Below, piece by piece: positions 22,547-31,053 of a stretch of DNA of 43,091 bases (within the stretch, counting starts at the first letter, position 1; each line of letters begins with the position of its first letter). The notes beneath the pieces are model-generated. The model was not told where the DNA came from and made no database searches. It saw only the letters and a list, made by a program, of their open reading frames with translations. Made by a program: the position numbers and the translations under genes. The stretch spans positions 1 through 43,091 of the forward strand of contig JAKAME010000003.1 of assembly GCA_021813025.1 (NCBI GenBank), written 5' to 3'. The stretch comes from Candidatus Micrarchaeota archaeon (GTDB lineage Archaea; Micrarchaeota; Micrarchaeia; Anstonellales; Anstonellaceae).

Positions 22547-23740
22547 AACGCCTCCGTGAACTACCGTGCCCTGAAGGGTGCGGCTTCCTGCTTCAAAGAC
22601 GGAGCTATCGCTTCATCTCCACAGGCGTTACTTCCGGCCATTCCGGCCGTAGCTCGTGTGAGTATGTTGATGGCCGCATTAACATCCCGGTCCAGCACCA
22701 GCCCGCAGGAAGAGCACTGGTGAATCCGCTCCCGCAGGCTTTTGCTGACGATGGAATGGCAGCCGCTGCATTCTTGGCTTGTATATTTCGGGTCCACAAA
22801 CACAATCTCTGAACCGGCACTTTCAGCCTTATAACAGAGCATGTTGGTGAGCATTCCCCAAGAGGCGTCATGGATGCCTTTACCATGGCCTTTCTGGGCC
22901 ATTTCATCTATCCTCAAATCTTCCATGACAATCTTGGAGTAGTTGGACAGGAGCCAGTTGGCGCTCTTGTGCAGATAGTCCTTGCGGGCATCGGCCATCT
23001 TCTCGTGCACCAACGCCACATTCTTTGCAGCTTTTTGCCGATTATGGCTTCCTTTGTGCTTGCGTGATAATAGCCTCTGGGCAGCCGCCAGCTTCTGCTC
23101 AAGCGCTCGGAAATGGTGGGGGTTTTGGATGATTTTGCCGTCAGATAGCGTGGCTAGACGATTCAACCCCAAATCCAATCCCACGGCCGGTCCCTTATTG
23201 GTCTTCGGAGTTTGAAGCTCCTGCTCGACGGTGAAGATTGCATGCCACTTTCCAGACGCCTCCCGTTTCAGGGTCAGGGTCTTGATTTTGCCTTTGATTG
23301 CCCTGTGTTGAACAATAGATATTTCACCAAATTGGGAGACTTGGAGCTTTTCGTCAAGAGAGAAGCCTGATTGGGGATAGTAAATGCTTCTCATCCGCTC
23401 AAAGGACTTGAACCTTGGGAAACCCCATTTCTGACCTCTATTTTTGGCCCTGACTTTGACTTGAAGGGCGCGATGCAGGCGATGGGCGATGGCTTGGGCG
23501 GATTGAGAGTATAAGCCGCTGTCCTTGACCATGAGCTGAAGCTCTCTTTGTGAGTAGAACCTGCCTTCTTCACCATACCGCTTTTTGGTCTTCTCTAAAA
23601 GCGTATTCCACAGCTTTTTCTCTGTCCAAAGGTGATGTTCAAGCTCATTCTGCTGAGTCTTGGAGGGATAAAGGCGGAAGGCGTAGGCTCGCATAGAGGA
23701 GATATGACCTACTTTTTGTATATGGATTTGGAGAGGGTAG
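22547..23740 (-). mobile_element. Solo tnpB element (IS200/IS605-like, no tnpA); ends not determined
   Basis: tnpB is present, but no Y1 or serine transposase gene occurs anywhere in the window. It is inserted between divergent gap and pgk. The boundaries are approximate, taken from the flanking genes. Confidence 0.45.
22561..23694 (-). CDS. tnpB: TnpB (IS200/IS605-family OrfB, RNA-guided nuclease)
   Basis: The conserved N-terminus MRAYAFRLYPSKTQ starts at ATG 23694; the ORF-track extension to 23823 is unlikely. RuvC motifs are VGLDLGL, VMEDLRI and DRDVNAAINI. The zinc finger is CSGC...CSSC. Confidence 0.85.
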   Translation of the reverse strand: MRAYAFRLYPSKTQQNELEHHLWTEKKLWNTLLEKTKKRYGEEGRFYSQRELQLMVKDSGLYSQSAQAIAHRLHRALQVKVRAKNRGQKWGFPRFKSFERMRSIYYPQSGFSLDEKLQVSQFGEISIVQHRAIKGKIKTLTLKREASGKWHAIFTVEQELQTPKTNKGPAVGLDLGLNRLATLSDGKIIQNPHHFRALEQKLAAAQRLLSRKHKGSHNRQKAAKNVALVHEKMADARKDYLHKSANWLLSNYSKIVMEDLRIDEMAQKGHGKGIHDASWGMLTNMLCYKAESAGSEIVFVDPKYTSQECSGCHSIVSKSLRERIHQCSSCGLVLDRDVNAAINILTRATAGMAGSNACGDEAIAPSLKQEAAPFRAR

Positions 23741-23840
23741 GTTTCCGGTGCTTTGGAATAACTCCCCGCTCGCAGGTTTATTAAATCCGCTCCGAGTAAG
23801 CCGCGAAGAGGGAAGCCGCCCATACTGCGAGGTGAATTTC

Positions 23841-24845
23841 ATGAAGGTTGCAATCAACGGATTCGGCCGCATCGGGCGCATGGTGCTGCGCTCCGCGCTG
23901 GCACGAAAAGTTGCCGGAAAGAAATTCGACCTCGTGGCCATCAACGACCCCGGCGGGCCCGCGCAGGCGGCCCATCTTTTCAAGTATGATTCGGTACACG
24001 GCGTCTGGCCCGGAGTTGTGAAGGCCGGCGCGGATTTTATCTCGGTTGACGGGCAGAAGTTCGTTGTGCTTGGAGAGCGCGAGCCTGAGAAGCTGCCCTG
24101 GAAACGCTTGGGGGTGGAAACCGTGCTGGAATGCACCGGCGCCTTCACCGACAGGGAGGGCTGCTCAAGGCATCTGGCTGCCGGGGCGCAGAAAATCCTG
24201 CTCTCGGCCCCTGCCAAAAAGGGCGGGGCTGACGTCAGCATAGTGCCGGGCGTGAACGAGAGGGCGTATGACAGAAAGAAGCACGCCATCATTTCCATGG
24301 GCTCGTGCACCACCAACTGCCTTGCGCCCGTGGCCAAGACTTTGAACGACAATTTCGGCATAGTGGAGGGCTTCATGACCACATGCCATGCCTATACGAA
24401 TGACCAGAGGGTGCTTGACGTCGGGCACAAGGACCCGAGGCGTGCGCGCGCGGCCGCGCTCAACATCATTCCCACAACCACGGGGGCCGCGAAAGCGATT
24501 GGCGAGGTGCTGCCCGAGCTGAAGGGCAAGCTGGACGGCCTGTCGCTTCGCGTGCCGATTCCCTGCGGCTCGATAAATGATTTGTCTGTGCTGCTCCAAA
24601 AGCCTGCAAGTAAGGAGGAAGTCAACGCGGTGCTCAAGAAAACTGCTGACGGGCCGATGAAGGGCATCATGCAATACACTGAGGAGCCGCTGGTGAGTTC
24701 TGATATTGTGGACAATCCTCATTCGGCAATAGTGGACGGCTTGAGCACGGTCGTGGTCGGCAAATCCGTCAAGGTGCTGTCATGGTATGACAACGAGTGG
24801 GGCTTCTCTAACAGAATGGTGGACATGGTGGCAAGAATATTGTAG
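23841..24845 (+). CDS. gap: Glyceraldehyde-3-phosphate dehydrogenase, class I (bacterial/eukaryal type)
   Basis: MKVAINGFGRIGR, active site SCTTNCLAP, and WYDNEWGFS. GAGGTGA lies 6 nt upstream of ATG 23841; the ORF-track start at 23748 is unlikely. Confidence 0.9.
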   Translation: MKVAINGFGRIGRMVLRSALARKVAGKKFDLVAINDPGGPAQAAHLFKYDSVHGVWPGVVKAGADFISVDGQKFVVLGEREPEKLPWKRLGVETVLECTGAFTDREGCSRHLAAGAQKILLSAPAKKGGADVSIVPGVNERAYDRKKHAIISMGSCTTNCLAPVAKTLNDNFGIVEGFMTTCHAYTNDQRVLDVGHKDPRRARAAALNIIPTTTGAAKAIGEVLPELKGKLDGLSLRVPIPCGSINDLSVLLQKPASKEEVNAVLKKTADGPMKGIMQYTEEPLVSSDIVDNPHSAIVDGLSTVVVGKSVKVLSWYDNEWGFSNRMVDMVARIL

Positions 24846-25131
24846 TAAAGAAAGCCTCTCCGCTAAGGGTTGTCAAAATTAGGCCGACGCCGACTTTCGA
24901 CGACGCCGGCAAGGCGACCAGTTTTCCACCGCGCCACCTGGCGGGGCGGAACAAAAGACGGATAGGCATAGAGGATGGGAAGGGGGGATTTATAACGCTT
25001 TCTACCCATATTACCTCGATAGGACACATTTATGGCCGAGCTTAGGGCTTAAAAGAACAAGCCCCTATTATAGGCAACAAGAAAATCGGCGATAGCTGTT
25101 TTCCACTAAATAGGCTGGCGGATGAATTGAA

Positions 25132-25758
25132 ATGACAGATGTTCAGGCCCTGCGGGAGGCCATGCAGTCCAAGCTCGCGCGAAAGCGCGAGATTATCGAC
25201 AAGCTCAAGGACAGCAACGCTGCCGTCGAAAAGGCCAAGCAGGAGCTGCTGGCCATACCCGAGACAGGCAGGCCGGGCCGCAACTCTCTTGAGCGGCTGG
25301 CCGAACAGGCAGACCGCATGGAATTCGCTATTGCTACATCCGCCTACACTCCTGCGCAGGAAAAGGCGCTGCTGCGAAAGATGGACGTCATCCGCCTTGA
25401 GCTTGAGCAGGCCAAGAAGGAGGCCAAGGCTTCCGGCGCGGGCGCCGAGGCGCGCGCCAAGCTTGACGCCGTGCGAAACGAGAGGCGGGCGCTGGTGGCC
25501 GAGCTGCAGGTTCTGCGCAAGGAAATAGACGCCATTTACAAGCAGCTCAAGGATTTGGACGCCCAGCGCGCGGCAGAGCGCACCGAGAGGCAGGTGCGCC
25601 GCTCTGTAGGAGATGAGAAGCGCAAGGCCCGCGAGGAGGAGCGCAAGGAGATGGAGCCTTACATGAAGGAAGTGGACCCGTTCGTCTCTTTGGAGGAAAT
25701 TGCGGAAATCAAGCGCAAGGCAGGGGAGGCGGAAGAGACGGCGGCCAAAGACGGATAG
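25132..25758 (+). CDS. Coiled-coil protein (resembles the archaeal COG1340-type coiled-coil family)
   Basis: 208 aa, E/K/A/R-rich with heptad-like sequence. The segment EFAIATSAYTPAQEKALLRKM is reminiscent of that family. The family assignment is from memory only. Confidence 0.55.
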   Translation: MTDVQALREAMQSKLARKREIIDKLKDSNAAVEKAKQELLAIPETGRPGRNSLERLAEQADRMEFAIATSAYTPAQEKALLRKMDVIRLELEQAKKEAKASGAGAEARAKLDAVRNERRALVAELQVLRKEIDAIYKQLKDLDAQRAAERTERQVRRSVGDEKRKAREEERKEMEPYMKEVDPFVSLEEIAEIKRKAGEAEETAAKDG

Positions 25759-25770
25759 AAGCCAGTTGGA

Positions 25771-26445
25771 CTAAGGCCGCGGATAGGGATAATCGTCTGA
25801 TTTTTGATGGGGCAGACCATCCAGCTTCAGCTGGCTGCCGAATTCAACCAGTTTCTCATATTTTCTGGATGAAAAAATCTCACCCGCGTGGAGTGTATAA
25901 TACGGATGGATAAGGCGCGGGTCCTGCATCGTCCTGCCGTCCGGGCCGAGCTTCTCGAGCAGCGCGGTGACTGAGATATGGTCATCGAGCAGGTAATAGA
26001 GAGCCAGAGGGGTTAGGTAGAGCCGGAGATTGCGGGCCTTTTTGACTTCGTCGAGCGTAAGCTCGCCGCGCAGCAGGCCGATGGGGACGTACACGTCCGG
26101 CGTGTCGTCGGTGGTGCTGCCGATGAGTTCATGCTCCTGGGTGGTGATGATAAGGCTTGACCAGCGATAGCCTTTTTTCAACAGCACGCCCCGAAGGCCC
26201 CCCAAAAAGGATTCAAACTGCGGGAGGGATGCCTCGGGAAGAAGGCGGCCGAACTGCAAATAAGCCCCGATGGAGGCCTGCTCAAGGTGAAGTGCATAGG
26301 AAGGCGTCTTGGAGTTGAAGATGCACTCCACCAGGCCGCTGAGGCAGGCAAAATCTTTGTCAGCCTTTGGATTGGACTTGATGAGAGCCTCAATGGCCTT
26401 GAGCTGCTTGACGGCCTGTTTTTGGGTGAGGATAGGTGTAGCCAT
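25771..26445 (-). CDS. Hypothetical protein (224 aa)
   Basis: ORF with balanced composition, divergent from polB. No motif recognised. Confidence 0.5.
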   Translation of the reverse strand: MATPILTQKQAVKQLKAIEALIKSNPKADKDFACLSGLVECIFNSKTPSYALHLEQASIGAYLQFGRLLPEASLPQFESFLGGLRGVLLKKGYRWSSLIITTQEHELIGSTTDDTPDVYVPIGLLRGELTLDEVKKARNLRLYLTPLALYYLLDDHISVTALLEKLGPDGRTMQDPRLIHPYYTLHAGEIFSSRKYEKLVEFGSQLKLDGLPHQKSDDYPYPRP

Positions 26446-26532
26446 AAGTGGAATTATGAATTTCCAACTTATTAAGTTTGGGGGAAAGACGCCCGCATCG
26501 GATTTTTTAGCTTAGGGGCCCAAGGAGGGGCG

Positions 26533-29097
26533 ATGGCCGAAAACAAGACGCCCCATGCACAAGCCGCAACGTCCAAAGCTCCGAAGCCAAAACCCCCAAT
26601 CAGGAAGCGCTCGGGCATACTGCTTGAAGTCGATTACGTCATCAGAAACAACGAGACGCGCGTGCGCCTGATGATGAAGGGAAAGAGAATCTACTATCTC
26701 TACGACAGGTACGAGCCTTATTTCTACCTCGACGCGCCGGCATCGGAAATTCCGCAACTGATGAAGGCCGGCGCCATACACAGGGGCATGCGCATACACC
26801 CAAGCAGAATTGAGGAAGTGGAGCGCGAGGTGGAGGGCAAGAAGCGGAAAGTGCTGAAAGTGTACGGAAAGCACCCGCCCGAAATTCCGGACTTGAGGAA
26901 GGCGCTGGAAAAGCACAAGGCATGGGAATACAACATCCTCTTCGGACGGCGCTACATGATGGACAAGGGGCTTGCGCCGCTGAACATGCTGAAATATGAG
27001 AGGCAGGGCAGGCGGCTGCTCAAGGTGATTTCGCAAAAAGAGGCAAGCCCAAAATTCCGCACCATGAGCTTTGACATCGAGACTTACAACCCGCTGGGCG
27101 CGCCGAGGCCCAACCAGGACCCGGCCATAATGATTTCCTATTCCACCAAAGCAGAGGATGGAAAGGTGCTGACATTCAAGAAAATACACAGGCCCTTCGC
27201 GCAGGACTGCGGGGACGAGAAGGGGATGATTGAGGCGTTCAACGTCGCCGTGCGTGAAATCGACCCCGAAGTGATGGCAGGCTACAATTCCACCCAGTTC
27301 GATTTGCCATATTTGGAAGCAAGGGCGGCGAAAAACAAGTGCAAGCTGAAACTTGGGCGCGACGGCTCGTCTTTCCGCGTGCGGAGGCGAGGCATACGCG
27401 ACGTGGCCTCGGTTAAAGGGAGAATTTACGTTGACTTGCTCCCCCTGCTGCGCTTCTTGTCGTTCATAGGCGCAGTAAAAGTGAGCCGCTTCTCGCTTGA
27501 AATCGCCTATGCCGAAATCATGGGCAAAAAGAGCGAGCTGAAGGAGGCGATGGAGAGGCTTGACATCTACAAGATGTGGGACGACCCCTCCAAGCTTGGC
27601 GCGCTGGCAGACTATTCACAGGGGGATGCGCACATCACATGGGAGCTTGCGCAGGCCGTGCTGCCGCTTGAGCTTGAGATGTCGCGCGTCACCCGCCTGC
27701 CTCCCTCTGACGTGGTGGGCGCCACTTCCTCACAGCTTGTCGAGTCTCTTCTGATGCACGAGGCGGTGGCGCGCGGGGCCATTGTGCCCAACCGCCCCGC
27801 AGACGAGGAGGCCAAGAGGCGCGAGGAGCACCCCATAGTGGGGGCTTACGTCAAGACGCCGGCGCCGGGCATTTACGAGAACATGGTGGTGTTCGACTTC
27901 CGCGGGCTGTATCCGTCCATCATCACGGCGCACAACATCGACCCGTTCACACTGAATTGCTCGTGCTGCCATGGGGATGGATATGCCTCGCCCACAGGCG
28001 CGCATTTCTGCAAAAAACACCCCGGCCTCATTCCCGAAGTGCTGGCCAAGGTGGTGAAGGCGCGCGCCGAACTGAAAGACAGGCTGAAAAAGCTTGAGCC
28101 CGGCAGCGAGGAACACCGCGCCATGTTCGCCCGCCAGCAGTCGCTGAAAATCCTGGCCAATTCGTATTACGGATACCTTGCCTTCTCGCGCTCGCGCTAT
28201 TATTCGCGCGAGGCCGCCGAATCGGTGACGGCGTGGGGCAGGCATTACATCATGCAGACAGGCGAGAAGGCGCAAAAGGCGGGCTACACCCTCCTGTATC
28301 AGGACACTGATTCGTGCTTTTTGCTTATGGGGGAGAAGAGGAAGGAGGACGTGATGAAATGGATGAAGGAAGTGAATGCCTCGCTGCCCGGCGGCATGGA
28401 GCTTGAATTGGAGGCTTTCTACCCAAGAGGGGTGTTTGTGAGCAAAAAATTGGCTGGGGGGGAGGAGGGCAAGACCGCCACGGGCGCCAAGAAGAAATAC
28501 GCCCTCATTGATGACAAGGGGCGCATCAAAATCCGCGGCTTCGAGCTTGTGCGCCGAGACTGGTCTGTCATCGCCCGCGAGACGCAGCGCCGCGTGCTTG
28601 AAGCCATTCTGAAAGACGGCTCGAAGGAGAAGGCAATAGAAATAGTGCGCGACGTGGTGGGCAAAATCCGCTCAGGCAAGATGCCGATTGAGAAATTCGT
28701 GATTGAGACGCAGCTTGTGAAGCCGCTTGACAAGTATGAGGTGATGTCGCCTGAATTGGCTGCTGCTCTGAAGGCAAACAAGAGGGGGCGGGCGGAAAAG
28801 CTGGAGCAGAACAGCGTGGTGCGCTATGTGATTACCAGAACAGGCGGCGGGGGAGAACTGCTTGGCTCTGCCACTCATTCGAAAGCGGCCAAAAATTCTG
28901 GCTCGAAATCAAAATCATCCAAAAATTCGGTTTCTGACAAGGCGGAACTGCTGGAATATGCCAAAGACTACGATGCTGATTACTACATTTCGCATCAAAT
29001 CATCCCAACCGTGCTGAAAATTTTGAAAGAGCTTGGCGTGAGCGAGGATGACTTGAAATTGAGCGGGAAACCCTCGAAGCAGACTACCTTGTTTTGA
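26533..29097 (+). CDS. polB: DNA polymerase, family B (archaeal PolB)
   Basis: Exo I FDIETYN, Exo II YNSTQFDLPYL, Exo III YSQGDAHITW. Pol A DFRGLYPSII, Pol B KILANSYYGY, Pol C YQDTDS, plus KKKYA. AGGAGG lies upstream of ATG 26533. Confidence 0.95.
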   Translation: MAENKTPHAQAATSKAPKPKPPIRKRSGILLEVDYVIRNNETRVRLMMKGKRIYYLYDRYEPYFYLDAPASEIPQLMKAGAIHRGMRIHPSRIEEVEREVEGKKRKVLKVYGKHPPEIPDLRKALEKHKAWEYNILFGRRYMMDKGLAPLNMLKYERQGRRLLKVISQKEASPKFRTMSFDIETYNPLGAPRPNQDPAIMISYSTKAEDGKVLTFKKIHRPFAQDCGDEKGMIEAFNVAVREIDPEVMAGYNSTQFDLPYLEARAAKNKCKLKLGRDGSSFRVRRRGIRDVASVKGRIYVDLLPLLRFLSFIGAVKVSRFSLEIAYAEIMGKKSELKEAMERLDIYKMWDDPSKLGALADYSQGDAHITWELAQAVLPLELEMSRVTRLPPSDVVGATSSQLVESLLMHEAVARGAIVPNRPADEEAKRREEHPIVGAYVKTPAPGIYENMVVFDFRGLYPSIITAHNIDPFTLNCSCCHGDGYASPTGAHFCKKHPGLIPEVLAKVVKARAELKDRLKKLEPGSEEHRAMFARQQSLKILANSYYGYLAFSRSRYYSREAAESVTAWGRHYIMQTGEKAQKAGYTLLYQDTDSCFLLMGEKRKEDVMKWMKEVNASLPGGMELELEAFYPRGVFVSKKLAGGEEGKTATGAKKKYALIDDKGRIKIRGFELVRRDWSVIARETQRRVLEAILKDGSKEKAIEIVRDVVGKIRSGKMPIEKFVIETQLVKPLDKYEVMSPELAAALKANKRGRAEKLEQNSVVRYVITRTGGGGELLGSATHSKAAKNSGSKSKSSKNSVSDKAELLEYAKDYDADYYISHQIIPTVLKILKELGVSEDDLKLSGKPSKQTTLF

Positions 29098-29105
29098 ATG
29101 GCGGC

Positions 29106-30104
29106 TCAGCGCTCTTGCGGCGCTATCTCGGCCCACACAAGGTAGTGGTCCGACAGGTCCGGCGTGATGCCGCTTCTTACCACGCCGCTGCGCAGGTATT
29201 CCGCGCTCGCATTTGCATTGAGGATGATGCGGTCATAGGTGCAATTTGACGCGGCCACTGTAGTGTCCTCGCCATCCGCAACCGCCCACGTCCAATTGGC
29301 AAACAAATCAGCGTGCTGCGAATGCCTGAAATAGCCGCAGTCTGCATTGAAGTCGCCCATGAGCATGACGTTGCCCCTGTCCGGCACAAGCGACTGAAGA
29401 GCATACAGCTCTGCTGAAACGTTCGACGGCTTGACGTGGATGACGTAGGCGTCAAACGAGTAGTTGCCGCTGCGAAGCGAGGCTTGCGCGGGCGGCCGCT
29501 CGAACAGCTGGGCCTGCGCCGGATTGTAATCCGTCCATTGCACGAGCGTGATGGTGGGCCGGAACATCAGCCCGTATTGCTCCTTGCTTGATGACCTGCC
29601 CGCGCGCGAGGAATTGACGCAGGAATAATTCGCCATTCGCCGGCACAGCGCGGCGAAGGCCGTGTTTGACGAATCGCGTATCTCCTGCACAAACACAACA
29701 TCATAGCCGCTCAGGATGGAGGCGTAGCTGTCCAGAAGCGTGGAGTTGGAGGCCTTTGCTTGGCCGAAGATTTGCAGGTTCCATGCCGCAATCTTGATTG
29801 TGGCGGGAGGGGTTGTGGCGGGATTGGAAGAAGAGCTTGTATTGGAAGCAGGAGAGGGAGTGGAGGGGGGAGCAACAGTTGATTGGCTGGAATTGGAGGC
29901 AGGAAGGGAATTGGAAGGTGGAGTGGTGGCTGACTGGCTGGAATTTGAGGCGGGAGGGGCAGGGGCGGAAATGGATGAAGGGGCGGAAGCCGGCGCTGGA
30001 TTGGAATTTTGTTGGGGCGCCTGCGTCAGGGCAACATAGGCCAAAATCCCCAATACGGCTAAGACGACGAGAACGAACAGCCATTTCCCGCTTCCACGGC
30101 CCAT
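29106..30104 (-). CDS. Membrane-anchored DNase I-family nuclease (endonuclease/exonuclease/phosphatase fold)
   Basis: IKIAAWNLQIFG, VFVQEIRD, MLMGDFNADC and SDHYLV parallel bovine DNase I (AAFNIRTFG, LIQEVRD, LMGDFNADC, SDHYPV). The N-terminal anchor is MGRGSGKWLFVLVVLAVLGILAYVAL. The start is taken as ATG 30104; the ORF track extends to 30164 and would overlap the upstream gene. Confidence 0.85.
   Translation of the reverse strand: MGRGSGKWLFVLVVLAVLGILAYVALTQAPQQNSNPAPASAPSSISAPAPPASNSSQSATTPPSNSLPASNSSQSTVAPPSTPSPASNTSSSSNPATTPPATIKIAAWNLQIFGQAKASNSTLLDSYASILSGYDVVFVQEIRDSSNTAFAALCRRMANYSCVNSSRAGRSSSKEQYGLMFRPTITLVQWTDYNPAQAQLFERPPAQASLRSGNYSFDAYVIHVKPSNVSAELYALQSLVPDRGNVMLMGDFNADCGYFRHSQHADLFANWTWAVADGEDTTVAASNCTYDRIILNANASAEYLRSGVVRSGITPDLSDHYLVWAEIAPQER
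29802..30023 (-). repeat. S/P/T/N-rich low-complexity stalk with degenerate ~17-aa repeats
   Basis: PPASNSSQSATTPPSNSL / PASNSSQSTVAPPSTPS / PASNTSSSSNPATTPP. It contains several N-x-S/T sequons. At the DNA level, (gattggctggaattggaggc / gactggctggaatttgaggc) recur. Confidence 0.6.
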
Positions 30105-30112
30105 AACATCCA

Positions 30113-31015
30113 CTAGAAACCCAGCGGCCCCAGTCCCGCCAGCACGAACAGCACGTTGCCCCACAAAAGCGAGATAATCAGGCCAAGCAGCATGTGCGGC
30201 ACGAAGGGCAGCAGGTGCCTATAGACCGGGATTTTCTCCTTCACATTCTGCAAACGCTTGTATTCTGCCTCATCCACAAGGCGGCCGATTGAGTATTTTT
30301 TCACAATGGCGGCATCCATCTTGTCTGGCGCAATAATATCTTCCACTTCCACTCTTTTAGCAGGAACCCATTCCAGCATGGAGTCGTTGATGGAATTGCG
30401 GAAAAGCACGAAATACACGCTGACGGCGGCCAGAATGGCGAGGAAGATTATGTAGGAGCCGCCCAAGAGGGGCATCGAGGACATGACATAGGCCAGAAAG
30501 CCGTAGGAAATGGCGATGGCAAACGCGCCGAACCACTGCTCTCCCTTGATTGAGCCTGCCTGCTTGAGGGTTTTGAGGGCATGGGGCACGGTCTTGATGA
30601 GCAGATGAAGCATGAAGGTGAGGAAGGCGGCAGTGAGCACGTGGATGATGAAGGGGAAGGTGAGCCATGCCGAGCTCTTGTCCAAGAGCAGGAGAGTGGG
30701 CTGGGCAGGCAGAAGGACGGCGATGGCTGAAAGGATGGGCACGTCTGCTCCGCCCAGATAGCCTGTCTTGTAAAGCAGATAGTTGGCTGCAAAAAGGATG
30801 GCGCCGGCCACAAGGCCGTAGGGCGTGGCTATCGGGTCATAGGCAACTATGGCTACAATGACGGCAAGAGCAAGGAAGGCTTGGAGCAGGCGCTCGGGCA
30901 CGTTCTTGTTGTTGAACAAATCGTAATAGGCGCAGGCTGCCGTGCCCAAGAGGGCGAGGGCTATGCGCAGCCATTCGAGGGGCAGATTGACGCTGGAGCC
31001 GAAGAGGATGTCCAT
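30113..31015 (-). CDS. A24-family prepilin/preflagellin-type signal peptidase
   Basis: Polytopic membrane protein. The two aspartate motifs are in the expected contexts: AYYDLFNNKNVP and GYLGGADVPIL. Confidence 0.7.
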   Translation of the reverse strand: MDILFGSSVNLPLEWLRIALALLGTAACAYYDLFNNKNVPERLLQAFLALAVIVAIVAYDPIATPYGLVAGAILFAANYLLYKTGYLGGADVPILSAIAVLLPAQPTLLLLDKSSAWLTFPFIIHVLTAAFLTFMLHLLIKTVPHALKTLKQAGSIKGEQWFGAFAIAISYGFLAYVMSSMPLLGGSYIIFLAILAAVSVYFVLFRNSINDSMLEWVPAKRVEVEDIIAPDKMDAAIVKKYSIGRLVDEAEYKRLQNVKEKIPVYRHLLPFVPHMLLGLIISLLWGNVLFVLAGLGPLGF

Positions 31016-31053
31016 ACAAGAGGCAGGGATGCGGGGAATAAAAAGATAGGTGT

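Noticed and set aside
23645-24382. 245-aa minus-strand ORF, and similar antisense ORFs at 26512..27189 and 32232..32888
   Set aside because: They are antisense to gap, polB and tmk respectively, all of which are identified by multiple exact catalytic motifs.
24846-25131. 286-nt gap-downstream spacer as an ncRNA locus (several imperfect GC hairpins; 73-aa ORF 24808..25029)
   Set aside because: The hairpins are imperfect. I could not find C/D or H/ACA box arrangements. The ORF overlaps the gap 3' end on the opposite strand and has a P/F/L-rich odd composition. The spacer is more simply a terminator plus the promoter (TATTATAGG near 25066) for the coiled-coil gene.
26533-29097. Intein in PolB
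   Set aside because: The 854-aa length is normal for an intein-free archaeal PolB. Motifs A, B and C are contiguous at normal spacing, with no insertion at the usual intein sites.
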